A stretch of DNA of 64,000 nucleotides from Nymphaea colorata (taxonomy: Eukaryota): assembly GCF_008831285.2 (NCBI RefSeq), contig NC_045138.2:14942001-15006000 (forward strand), given 5' to 3'. Both the position numbers and the translations under genes were made by a program. The stretch's first letter is position 1. The number at the start of each line of letters is the position of its first letter. The notes under the pieces are model-generated. The model searched no databases and had not been told where the DNA came from. It saw only the letters and a program-made list of their open reading frames with translations. Below are positions 13,381-26,040 of the stretch, in pieces.

Positions 13381-16300
13381 TCATAAAAAAAAAAACTTAT
13401 ATGAATATGTGTTTGTTGTGAGCCACTATTATGTGGACTTTAGCACAGTGTAAAGAGCATTTTATGAGCCAACTCAAGCTAAGCCGCAAAGTGCGTAGCT
13501 TGTCTTTGAAGCTCCCTATTGTGCATGCCGAGCCTTTAATGGGTACAGTAAAGCTGCAGTGACTGAACGCATGGCTCGGACCCACTTGGAACCAAGCTTA
13601 AAGGCTGCAGAAACTGGATAGTTCGGACCCACTTGCAGCCAAGCTTGACCTAAGTGCCACTTGCTAGGCAAGTTGCTTGAACAGCTAAAAGTGTGGAACA
13701 TTGTGAGTGGCCTTTTGAAGGACACCGCACTAGAGAAAAGTGCCAAAATTAACTAAGCATTTGATATGGATGGGGCTCAGCCTATTGATTCTTAACCCAT
13801 GAAGGATGATTAGGTATGGGTGTGTAAAAAGAATCCCACACCAAAAATTGGAATTGAATTGTTGATTTTGGATTCCGGATTTTGTAATTGAGTCGGACCA
13901 ATCACATTCAGTTGCAGTTTAGATATGTGAGGATAATATCCGAATTGTTGCCTGAATTATAAGGCTCCTAGCTACATTTGATAGTCTCGGATCTCAGATT
14001 TGATGCCACCACAAATCGGATTTATATGAAACTTAGAACCAGAGATCTGCAGCTTGATCAACGTATCATAGATCTGAATCATAGATCAGTCAGGAAGCTT
14101 GTGCACATCACTTATTCAAACACGAGTAGAATACTGGAGATTATATTTAAAAAATGAGAATGTTTTTAGGTGTTTGATTAGTGGAGATAAATTGCCCGTA
14201 GAGAGTGTACCCAGACAAAAAGTCTTCAACAATCAATCACGCCCTAATTCTGAAATGGAAAAATATGCTGGTTTGAGTATATGCAAGAGTCTAGAAGGCC
14301 GTACAGTAGCCTGGGCCTACCAGACCCCGGGTGGGTCCCATTTACTTTTTCCATGCATGTGTAACAGGAACTTTATAATATTAATGTACAAAAGGACTAT
14401 AATTATCAAGTCACATGCCCCAATTTTTTTTATTTCATGTTTAATGGCAGCCTCCTTTCCCTTTTCTGTTTCTTTTTCCAATATCTACATGAGAAGCCCA
14501 TATCTACCTTCTCAGCTATTTTTAAACATAAATGCACATTTTGTTTCTAAAATTATACAGTTAGCTTTTAATTAAAAATGGTACTGAAACAGGCTTCAAT
14601 CATTAATTTGAAGAAAAAAACCGAATAAATCATGTTATTTAATCTCGGTTCAACGTATATTTAATGCGGATTCCAATTTAATTTTGAATACAACATTTCA
14701 CCAGCATTAATGGAATCATATCAATTGATGGAATCATATCATTTGATTAAATAAGTTGCCTTCACAAGGGAAAGGCAGAAGAGAGCTTGATTGATTGAAA
14801 GATGTGACAACCAACTAGAATAGTCGAGTTAATAGTAACTGAGAGCTTACTATGGGGCGTTTGTTTGCCCCTGGATATCAGATCCCCTCCCATCTCAAGT
14901 CCTCTTTTTGTGGGTCCACTGTTTAAACAAACAGCGGATCTCCACATGAATGAAAAATGTGGATCTTAAATTCACTTTTCCCCTTCGAAACCTATAATTT
15001 GAGGTCTGATAGGGAGAGGTCGGACCTCAAATCCATGAATCTAAGATCCCTAAGAGGGCGTTTTGATAGCATCGAATTTGATGAGAGAAAAAAAATTCTT
15101 AAATCCGTTTTTTTCTCACTGAAAAGAAATAAAATAAAGATCTTAAATGAGGAATTTAGGTATGACTTAAGATCCTTAATTTGATTAACTATGGATCTTA
15201 TCCTGAGTGGTTTGTCACAATTCCTAATTATTTTTCAAATTTGAGTACACCATGTACCATGCAAGGTCTTGCGGTAAGGGGGAACGCGGATTTCATGGGA
15301 CATTATAACATGGTGTTTTATGAATTTGTCTCTTTTTAAGATGGATTTATGAAACATTTTACTATTGTTTCGAGTTACCTCTTCCTTTGGCTTTGCAGAT
15401 CCTCAAGAAGACTGGACTACCCACTCATTCATTTGCTTGTCAATTAAAAGGTCTATTTTAATTTACTTGTGAAGACAAATCAATGATGCTGGATGTTGCA
15501 AGATGGCTAAAATTTAAAAATTTGTTGTTAAAAAACGGTTGGTTTACGGTGCAACAACAGTTTATGGTAGTTTTCACTGTCTAAGACTATTAGCATAATT
15601 GATTTTTACTTTGTTTTGAAGACCTAACAGGCCACTAGTCCCTACATTCCTTACATTTTATTAAGCCATAAAGACGAACATATCATATTAAACAAAACCA
15701 TAAACAACTTCCAACTTCTTTTGTCAATAACCTAATCCCAGCTAAAGGCTTTAAAGCAGAAGTAGGAAAGTAGGAAAAGTAATAAACTAAAACTTCAGTC
15801 ATCCCCCACCAGAGTTCGTTCAACACCTTCCATTTTAAAGAAAACTGAACCAAGAAAAGGCAGCCATTTCAAATCTAGTCTAGATCTTAATGCACCAATT
15901 CTTGTTTACGGGGTAGGTAGATCAATGGTGATAATATTATTCGATATCCGGTTCGATGCGGCTTCTTAAGAGAAATCAGACCCAATTAACAACCATACGA
16001 ATTTCTCATGTTCGGGCCAAGGTACATATAAAAATTGAATTCACTTTTATAATTTGGCAATTTGTGCACTCTAATACACATTTTAACATTATGATCATTT
16101 CATGTTCGATTCGAATCGGATCGTGGGTATTTAGATGCTCAAGATCCGGACCCGATGAAGCATTTGGGTGCATTTGCTGAAAACTTCACATCTTTGTCGG
16201 AACCGTCATTATTAAAAATTGGACATTGGGGGAATCATGATCCACTGAAAATCTTTGCGCAATGAGATTTAAATATAGTGGGGAGCGAGCAATTACGCCT

Positions 16301-16812
16301 TTCTTTTCCCCCGCATTAATTATTTAAATAAGGGCCGAAGGTCTATTATCAGCGCCATTTCCACGATTCATGGCCCCCACGAGATTCGATCCCCCGACCT
16401 AAAACATACAAGGAAAAAAAACCAACTTAACAAAAAAAAAAGACTGAAGATGTGAGGGGAGAGAGAGTATTTTTTTGGACTAAATTGCCCCTACGGAGAG
16501 CATCCTCCTACTTTTCGACTGCCATGTGCGGGAGGGGTCTAGGGGTAATTTTGGGATGTGGCAGTCAGAAGAGCGAAATTTGGGAAAAGACAGGGGAATG
16601 TTGAGGGCAGTTTGGGGAATTGAGAGCGATAAATGGAGGCAAGAGTGACGACAGTGGGGAGGAGGGCACACGCGAGCGTCTGTGTTGTTGCAGAGAGTGG
16701 TGTTTTTAGTTCTTCCCTCAGTTCGTCTGAATCGTCTCTGACCTGAAACCTTTGTTCCTCTTTTGCCCCCTTTCATTCTCTCCCTCTCTTTCTTTAGACT
16801 AGGGGAGGGGAA

Positions 16813-16854
16813 ATGGCGATGACAATCATTGCTGTGTCCTTCCTGATAGCTTGA
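16813..16854 (+). other. Short additional upstream ORF (MAMTIIAVSFLIA*) in the putative LHW leader
   Basis: ATG in strong context (aaaATGG) at 16813, TGA at 16852-16854. It is only a uORF if the transcription start lies upstream, which cannot be determined here. Confidence 0.35.
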
Positions 16855-16940
16855 GGTCTCTCTGTCTCTGTCTCTCTCTCTCTCTAGTTGCAGTACGCCC
16901 ACTTTCTTCCTCTTCTTCTTCTTCTCTCTACTGGAGAGGA

Positions 16941-17045
16941 ATGGATTACCGGAACATGAAAGGGAGAAATTTGGAGATGCTGAGGAGGAGGAGTGGAGGA
17001 GTGAGGACGAAGCAGGCAGGGAGGGGATCCTGCAGAGGAAGCTAG
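16941..17045 (+). CDS. Conserved-peptide upstream ORF (CPuORF of the LHW bHLH family), 34 aa MDYRNMKGRNLEMLRRRSGGVRTKQAGRGSCRGS
   Basis: ATG at 16941, TAG at 17043-17045. A 125-nt ATG-free spacer separates it from the LHW ATG at 17171, which is in a different frame. The Arg/Gly-rich C-terminus RRRSGGxRTKQAGRGSxRGS matches, from memory, the conserved uORF of LHW/LHL genes. Confidence 0.88.
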   Translation: MDYRNMKGRNLEMLRRRSGGVRTKQAGRGSCRGS

Positions 17046-17170
17046 AAGGGGACGATCTTTTTTCCTCTCTTTGGTCTCTGATTTGTTTGTTCTATCTTAA
17101 TCTTTTTTGGGTGGGAGTGTGAAGTTTTTTCCTGTAGTGGGAGTTTCTTTGGCTTCGGGGGATTCTGGAG

Positions 17171-20100
17171 ATGGGATCGCTGTTGAGGGAGGTGCTCAAG
17201 AGCATCTGTTCAGGGAATGGCTGGACGTATGCGGTATTCTGGAAGCCCAAGCAGCGAAATCCAATGTAAGCTTCCAGGCATTGTTCTCTATTCCGGCATG
17301 CTTCCTGTTTCTAGTGAGTCGTTCTTGGCATTTGTCGTTTTATTCTTGCTTGGTTCATTTGCTTGGATGTTGTTTCCTCTTTTCTTTGTCGGTGATTACC
17401 TCTTCAACTGATACAATACTGATGATTTTTCTTTACCCTGTGGCTTTCTCGTTCTGTTGTTCGGTTGTCACTTTTCTGTATTTGATGTTTTTGGTTTTCC
17501 TCCAATGGTGATTGTGACTTTTTGTGGTGTCTCTTGATTTTGTGAAAATGGTTCTGAAGGAGATGGTGGTATGGATCATATTGACCGAAAGACTTTACTT
17601 TTTTTGAATGGATTATTTATTTATTTATTTATTTCTGCATTAGTTCTTTTCTTGGTGTAATGGCGTGAAAAAGGTGGTCTTTTCCACCTACCCTTTCGCA
17701 ATTTTTTTTTCCTTGAACCTTTTTTTATTGCTGTTTTCTGTACTTTTTTATGTCTTTGGGTTGGTGGTAGAGACTGTGGCGGCTAGGTGCTGTAGTATTG
17801 TTGTGACTTGTGGGCTTCCTGTTGGAAACTTTAGAAAATTATTATTTATTGAGTCCAAGATATTGGATTTATGTCAGATTGGTTTGTCGTGTCTGCAATT
17901 TACATTTCCGATCTTGAGTTTTTTGATAACTAAGAATCCTAAACGGGAACTTTCTTGTTTGAAAATAAAAATGCTTCTTCTTCTTAATCTTAATTGTGTT
18001 TCATATCTTCATCTTTTTTGACGAGTTTCCTATCTAATGCACTAATACTTCTTTTTGAAAATTACTTGTAAAATATCAGATGTTTTCTTCACTAGTTTTC
18101 TTTTTGGAGAGTGTGAATGTTACTATCCCAGGTGTTATGCATTCTTCCTAATGAAATTTCTGGTGCTGTAGGATTTTGGCGTGGGAAGAAGGACATTTTG
18201 AGCAGGGATTATATCCAGGGCAATTTGGTTCTGCAACAGGAAGCCGACCAGTGCTTTTGGGAGAATGGGAATTGAGTCACCAAAGAAACAGTGAATCTAA
18301 GTCTTCTGGAAATGATCGGTTGGGTGTGCTTTTCTCAAAGATGAGGGACCAGGTTCATGTGATTGGGAAAGGGTATAACCTTTCAGTTCTTGTTGTTGTT
18401 ATTCTAAGAAGTACCATGTTGTAGATTAAGTTGTTCTGGTCTATCTGTTCTCCTGTTCATGCTATCTCAGATTCTTATTCAACTATTTTATGAAATTTCA
18501 TTTGAAGAAGTATAATTTTGTTGTATGAATTATTTTGAAGTCCATTGATTCTTGGCAAGGTTGATGCAAATCCCCAATTGGTTGTTCTGCATTAACCTTT
18601 GCTCCCTCAATCCCTTGTTAGTTGTTACCAATGCTTAAAAGCCATAGCTTTAGGAGCCTTACTTCATTTTACTTTTCTAAGCCAGTTACTGGATTGAATG
18701 GACAAATGGCATGTAAACTTGTTCACTTCTCCAATACTTGCTAATATTGTGAAGGAAAAGAAAAATAATTCTTTTTTTTGTCATTTTTCCTTTTTTCTCC
18801 TAGTGTACTGCTTTGTTATAAAGGTACATAAAAAAATTGGTAGTTATTTTTGTTAAGCTTCAGTTCTTTCTAGCTTGATGCCATTTATGATTTATTATTT
18901 CTGTGGTAGACCTACCTACTTGTCTACCTGTTATTTTGATGTTTCATTATTTTTTGTACTATTTGTTCCAGAATTGTGGGCAAAGTTTTTCTCACGGGAA
19001 CACACAGATGGGTCTTCCAAGACACTTGCATGGATGAAGGATATACCTCTGAGGCAGTTGTTTATGGAACTAGTTTTGAGGTAACTTAGAAAAATTTTAT
19101 CATCGTTTTGTTTGATATTGATATATGCTCCTGTGTTGATAGAAAATTAGGGCCTGTTACGGTGGTGGAGAAAATGGTTTGAGACAGGCTTTATGTCTCT
19201 TCCGTGCTCTCCCCATTCAAACATGGATGGGTTTCTCAGGACGTTCTTCACTAAAAAAAGTTGACTTTGTATCCTTTTCCGTCTCACATTGGAGGCATCC
19301 AGCAACAGGAAAAAGGAGGAATTTTTACGTGACCCCTCTCCATTGAACTTGTGAACATGTCCGCAACTTGGTTACCTGAAATTCTTGTGCTCATTTGAAA
19401 AATCATTGGTAATGCAAATGATTTTAGTAAGATTACTGCTGCTGCTGTGTGCTAATACAGTGGTATCTTCAACACCTCCCTTGGAAATATGCATGTAACT
19501 GGGTTCGGATGATCACTCATCACGTTGAATTTTGATGGAATTAGAGAACTGCTATGATACTAATTTTATATTTGGGAACCCTCTATTTTGTTAACCTTAT
19601 CTTAGTGCGATGTTTGCCCTTCTTCATTGATTTGATATTTTTTTTAACCATGACCTTTAAGTCTTCATGCAGCTCTTATAATGGTTTGCAAATTGCAATG
19701 TTGGTAAAATCCTTTCTTGTCAAATAAAGTGAACCCTCTACAATGTTCTTGTTGATGCTTTAGTTGTTTATATAATAGTAATAAGAGTAAAACCATAATT
19801 TTTGTAGTAATAGTCAAGCAGGAACTAATTGTAAGTTGGGCCGTTTTTCTTCTTGTCCTTCTTCACAGAACTCTGCTGAATGGTACCATCAGTTTTCTGC
19901 AGGAATACAGGTGTGGAATTATTAATGCTTACATGTATATCGTACCTTACCTGATTTCTGTTGAGGATGACAAAGCTTATCTTTTGACTTTTATTTTGCA
20001 GACGGTTGCCATTATTTCTGTATCATCACATGGTGTTCTTCAATGTGGTTCAGTTAAAAGGGTGAGTTAAACTTTCTTTAACAATTTGACCTCATGGACA

Positions 20101-23100
20101 GGGGCGGAGTCAAGGGGTGCCCGGCAGGGCCCTGTCCCCACCTCAATTTCTTTTTTAAAAAAATTACATATAAAGTTTTAAAATTTTCATTTATCCTATA
20201 TAGCAATTTTGAAAAATGATATTTTGGTCCCTGTCAAAATTTTGAAACTGTAATTTGGCCCTCAGTCAACTCATTTATCATAAGAGATAAACCTCTAAAT
20301 AAGGTATCACACTTTTTACCAGAAAAACAGTTTTTCTTTTATGACCTGTCAAGAAGTAAAATTCTTTGAAAAGAGTGATCTATTATGATTCTTTTTCAAT
20401 TCTAGCATTTCATTTAATTAGGAACTAGGCCGTGAAAGCATTTTTAAAATGCTTGAATCTACTTTATTAGGGAAGCTAGGCCTTCTTTCTGATGCATTTT
20501 GGACATATATAGATTCACCTGTTTACCAATTATAGGTGTCTGCTTTTTCACTATGGCATGCTTTTCCACTTTCTTTTTGCAGATTGGAGAAAGTATGGGC
20601 TTTGTCAATCTTGTGAGAAATATTTTTATGCAGTTTGGTGTCAATAGTGCTTCATCGCTAGAAATTATGCCCATGGTATCAGGGCAGAACATAAATCTGC
20701 CCAAGTTTTCTGATGTTTATGGTGATATTGGTTCAGCTGATATTTGTCATGTTAAAATGGAAGGACCTGAAACCTCTCTTAGTGAGATTCCTGGCAAACC
20801 TATCTGTCAGCCTGGTAGCTTCTTATCTAATGACCTCCAAACCTGTAGTTCTCTACTTGAAACCCTTGGTGGTGCCATCTGTTCTAATGCTTCTACAGTT
20901 CCCTCAGTTTCCTGCTCGGTTATTCCTTCTACAGAAGCTTTTGGGGATTTGTTTCAGCAGAAGGCTCTTCTACCAGTGAAGCCCAACTCGTTGCCTAAGG
21001 ACCAATTGGAGTTTGCATTGACAGGAGGAACCACATCTGCCATTTTAGACCCTTCCATGCAATTAAACCAACACATCTCACAAAGATCAGCCAAATCTTG
21101 TGGCAATGTAAATAAGTTGCAGCAACAGAGTGTGCCAAATAACATTCCCCTTCTGGACTGTACAGTCTTTCCAAAACATGAAATTGATGAAAACAAGATG
21201 CTTCTTCTACCTGACATTTCCTCTGGTTTAGTTTCTAACAGAAGTGATATAGTTAATTCTAGAACTGGTATTAGTGAACCTATAAATTCAGATCCATCTG
21301 TTTCGTGGAAGTTAGTTCACACCCATCAGTCTCCTTTTCCGCAGAGTACTCGCATTCAGTATGCTGATTTAGCTTCTGTGCCCTTGTCTTCCGGTGATTC
21401 AAAAGAACTATGTGATTTCCAGATTAATTCTAGCCCGCCTGGAGTTCCTAGAACAAGCAGTAGTGTATCTGTTATTGATGGCCATCCTCTGGCGGTGAGC
21501 ACTGTAATGCCTGCAAAAGTAGAGAACGATCTTTTTCAAGCCATTGGCCTTCCATATAATGGGTCCCGTCTGGATAAGCACTATCCTTGCCATGGAGCGC
21601 TTTCTAACCATGTGGCAAACTTTGTGCAAATTGGTTCATCGAATGATCTCATACCAAAGGTAAACTTGCAACCTGCCAAAACTGATTTTGACGATAACTT
21701 GGTCACAGTAGCTGGAAGTGGGAACAGTCCTGAAAAGTTTGGGTGCTTAGGCGAGGTTAAATTGAACACATCATCTGCAAGTTTGCAACTTCCTTCTGGC
21801 AACCATGTACTTGGTCAATTGCATTCGGATCTTAAGAACAATGAATGTCAGAGTGGATGCAGTAGTATTGACTCACAGCTGAAACATGTTGAGAACACTT
21901 ACACTAGACCTGACTTTTGTTCATGTACATCTGACTTGAATATTGCTTCTATTTTGAAGGCATTTGGTGATGGCCATATTGACAATAGCAGTTTTTCTGA
22001 AAATAGATCTGAGAATCTTCTAGATGCTATAGTTTCCAGTGTTCGTTCCTACTCTGATCGAAGTTCCAATCTTCATACATCTGGAAAGGCCGTGTCGACC
22101 ACAATTGGCTCTTCACATACTGAAGCTACTCCATTTGAACTTTTGACTGTCTCGGAAAAAAAACATGAGGCTGCTTGTGTAGCTCAACATCTTTTGAACT
22201 CGGAAATGGTCATGCCAAATTGTTGTTCTCTGTCTGAGTGCAGTGTGAGCAGAACAGCAGAAGGCTCCCAAACAGATGGGGCCTCAAAATCTCAAGTCAG
22301 TATGAAGATGGAGAGCTCAAACTTGCAACATGATAACACCTTGTCCATGCACAGTGGCAGGGCAGAGGAATCTGCAAAAGGGAAGCAGAAAAGGCCTAAG
22401 CCAGGAGAGAGCACAAGGCCAAGACCAAAAGATCGGCAGCAGATCCAGGATCGTGTTAAGGAGTTGCGGGAAATTGTACCTAATGGAGCCAAGGTACATT
22501 TGTTATAGCTTTCATTCACCAAGTTATTTTTTAGACAAACTGGCCTATGGCCTGGTGAAACTTGGATTAGATTGTCTTTTGTATTTGCCAAGTCGCACTA
22601 GTTCATTTTACCTTTTAAGCTTAGCAACATTAAGCTCTATTTGTTTGCTAATTATTTTGGTTAAAGAGAGGCTCTAATTCTCTGACCGCCTTTTTGTTGT
22701 TATGGTATGGCAAGCTGGCCCTTCAGAGTCCTGGCCAAATTGCTTTAAGGCATCATGCACTGATTAACTATTGTATCGCATTGTGCAACAGTGCAGCATT
22801 GATGCTTTGCTTGAGCGTACAATTAAACACATGCTTTTCCTACAAAGCGTGACCAAGCATGCAGACAAGTTAAAACAGACTGGGGAATCAAAGGTTGGCA
22901 GTTGATGTTTTTTGTTGCTCTGGCCCATTATTTTTTACTGGATTTCAGATTTCTTCTCTAAGGCTGAACATCTATGTACATGCAGTTGATAAGCAAGGAC
23001 GGTGGCTTGCTCTTAAAGGACAACTTTGAGGGTGGGGCTACATGGGCATTTGAAGTTGGCTCAAAATCCATGGTATGCCCTATAATAGTTGAGGATCTAA

Positions 23101-24147
23101 ATGTGCCCCGTCAAATGCTTGTGGAGGTAGCAATATTTGTACAGTTTTTTATCATATACATTTAGACTAGTGTTGTGTCGCTTATCCGTCATTTTGTTCA
23201 GATGCTTTGTGAAGAGCGAGGTTTCTTCCTGGAGATAGCAGACATGATTCGAGGAATGGGATTAACAATCCTCAAGGGTGTGATGGAAACCCGTGATGAC
23301 AAGATTTGGGCACACTTTGCTGTTGAGGTAAAGATTGTCTAATCCAACTTTTTTATGTACCACCACCATAGGTAGGCAGCAGGTGGTGAGTGGGGAACAT
23401 GAAGGGTGTCAAGTTGAATACACTGGATCAAGTTGAAACCCTTTCATTCTGTTTCCTGTGCTTTTCTTGTAAGGCTCAGTGGTCAGGGCACACCCTCATC
23501 AACCCCTCACAAGGAAAAAAAAAATCTTATTTATTGTAACCATTGGCCTGTGATTGTGTATGCACGTTCTATTGTTCCACCTTTGTGATGTTCCTGTTGA
23601 TTTGCAAAATGAAAGATCTCGGAGGAGCATTTGTTTCTTCTTTTCTAAGTTTTCGTTTATAAAGTCCTTTATGTGGTTCTTCATGTAAAAATTTTACTTT
23701 TGCCATTTGGTCGAAAGTAGCATACACTTGTTTTTTCAGATGCCTGAGGTTGCTAATACAAATTGCAGTTGTTAATTAAACTTAATAATGCTATTATACG
23801 AGAAATAGATGTTGCATCTCTGTTTTCATGACATTGGAAAACTACTGTTACACTATGCTTTCTTCTAGAAAATGCTTTAGTGAGTAGGATCTGCTCTATT
23901 TGTATGTGGGTGGGCATGTTGCTTTTGTACGTTTTGCTGTCTGACTAGCCTCAACTAATCACTGTTCTTGGGTTGGCAGGCAAACAGAGATATTACGAGG
24001 ATGGAGGTTTTTATGTCACTTGTTCATCTCCTGGAACAGATTTCCAACAGTAGACCACCCAAGACTATGACTGGAGGGCTTCCAACATTTGATTCATACC
24101 ATCGATCCTCGATACCTGCAGCTGGATCTATGGAAAGGTTGCAATGA
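17171..24147 (+). CDS. LHW: LONESOME HIGHWAY-like atypical bHLH transcription factor, 10 exons, 984 aa
   Basis: Exons 17171-17265, 18172-18372, 18972-19080, 19869-19910, 20002-20061, 20583-22493, 22792-22893, 22986-23126, 23202-23327, 23980-24147. All introns are GT-AG and the phases sum to 2955 nt. The N-terminal MYC-N-like region reads MGSLLREVLKSIC..WTYAVFWK..ILAWEEG..QFSAGIQTVA. The C-terminal signature reads RPRPKDRQQIQDRVKELREIVPNGAKCSIDALLERTIKHMLFLQSVTKHADKLK..GGATWAFEVG..CPIIVEDL..MLCEERGFFLEIAD..ANRDITRMEVF. Confidence 0.93.
20099..20262 (+). mobile_element. 3'-truncated hAT-type MITE in LHW intron 5
   Basis: Starts CAGGGGCGGAGTCAAGGGG and shares AAAATTACATATAAA...GGTCCCTGTCAAAATTTTGAAACT with the 13240 copy. 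No right TIR is visible. Confidence 0.7.
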
Positions 24148-26005
24148 ATAGTCAGGGTGCCTGGATACACAAGTACTGAGAGTAGGGTATTGCTTTGTTT
24201 GCCTACTATGACCAGTATTCTGGTTCCAGTCCAGAGCATGCTACACAATATTGGAATATTAGGCCTGTGATATTGGTAGACATGCCATCGACGGGTTGAT
24301 CAAAGCTGTGATAGTTGGTTCTTAGGAGCAATCAGTGCGAAATATTTGAAAGCATTGGTAGGGTATGTTTTTTCTGAGAATCTTCTTTTTTTATCGGGGT
24401 GAGGATTGATGACGTGGGAACTAGATTGAAAGCTTGTGAAGGGAGAAGGGTGTAATTACGAGAGCTGATGCTGAAGTTGCAAAAAGGTAGGTCTTTAATA
24501 AGGTCAAATTTGTTCACATTTCCCCTTGTGACCATTATATTTAGTCCCATGAATTTGTCATTCTTAATATTCTAACTCATATTTATTTTATATTTCCAAA
24601 TTGCATTTTCATTCATTATCACTAAAAGGACCTTGACACTCAAATCTGATTAACTAATGTACAGATCTGAAAAATGAGAATCATTGAATATATCCAGAAT
24701 AGCAAAATGGTCGATGCCAGAATAGCGTCTGCCATTTATTAGTCCCTAATCTTCTGTGCTTTTTGATGTTGGTCCTCTTATTTAGGTTCTACTAATATGT
24801 TAAAAATTAAGCATAGTGTATGGCTGGTCATGTTCAGATGACTACCGAAATGACCATCATAACTGAATACAAAGTTCTTAACTTTGCCGAGTCCAAAGAT
24901 TGCCTTCCTGTGGATGGTCCATCTTTTGCTGATAGTGAAAAGCCTATGATTTTTATGCAACGGTAGTGTGCATCTCTGTAAACCTGTATGTGGGTAACAA
25001 CTTTGGTATGGTGGATTGCTTTCTTTCCATGATTGTGATCCTTTTAGGGCAACTGAAACCTTTTATCTTTACTGTCACAAATTTGGAGTGCTCGGTGATA
25101 TCAGACTCAGCTGTTGCCGCTTTGATAGCATAAAGCTCCAGCTAGTGCTGCTGACAGGCGCCACATGATGCAGGATCCCTTTTCTCAACATGGCATCAAA
25201 TATTTATTTTTTCTAAATGAATTTTAACTGGCAAAATTCTTTTGACCCGCTCAAGAAATAAGCGAATAACAAAGGACTGCACATCCTTTTCAGAGTATCA
25301 GTCAGGCGCTCAACTTTCCTTCTTGGACAACAGCTTTGCATTCATTCAAATTACGAACTTGTTTCCTAAAACCAAAATAGGATTATTTTTCAAAACTAAA
25401 AAGTGAGAAGAAAAAAGGCTCGCCGTTGACCTTTGCGGTATGGCTGGGCTACGGCCATCTGTCTCTTGTGGAACTCTCAAAAATTGGAAAGAGCAGACGT
25501 AGAATGCCCACTGAAAGAAATGAGATAAATGGGTCTTTCCACCTGAAGATGCCGGAGGCATTGAAGACGCTGCCCATTTCTTATATGCTGCCAGAGATTG
25601 GTCTCAAGATTTAACAGTGGGATAAACATAGCAAAGCTGCAGCCTCGTTCTGGCGGGAAGAAATCCGTTGGAGAGGTAATGGAGAGCGGGAAAGTGAAGG
25701 AAAAGAAACAATCCGAAAGGGTAAGAATTCATGAAATTTAGTATTCGTTTCAGGGCAAGCGAGACGCTGGTCTGGTTCATCATATGATGTTGGTGCTGAT
25801 GATTCTGACAACAAAGATGGCGGTGTTGGTAGTAATGTCGGAAGTTTCGCTGAGAAAAGAAGATGAAAGTTTTGATGGGGAGCGGTTGTTTGAGAATAAA
25901 TGGAAAAGTTGAACGCCAGTTTGATATTTTCAAAAAATTGAGCGGTGATCCGTTTGCTCATTTCGGTGAGGAGCGGTCACTTTATATATATACAGGGCAA
26001 CGTAT

Positions 26006-26040
<35 letters not shown>

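Noticed and set aside
546..16200. Short ORFs in the first 16 kb (e.g. 14099-14575, 10894-11175, 1099-1329)
   Set aside because: No recognisable motifs or consistent splice structure; AT-rich, repeat-derived context.
20499..20582. N-terminal part of the 669-aa track ORF
   Set aside because: Intronic read-through; the exon begins after AG at 20582.
25045..25068. TAGGGCAACT...CCTTT resembling a miR399 site or IPS1 mimic
   Set aside because: Lacks the terminal GGCA needed to pair with the miRNA 5' end, and the middle does not match.
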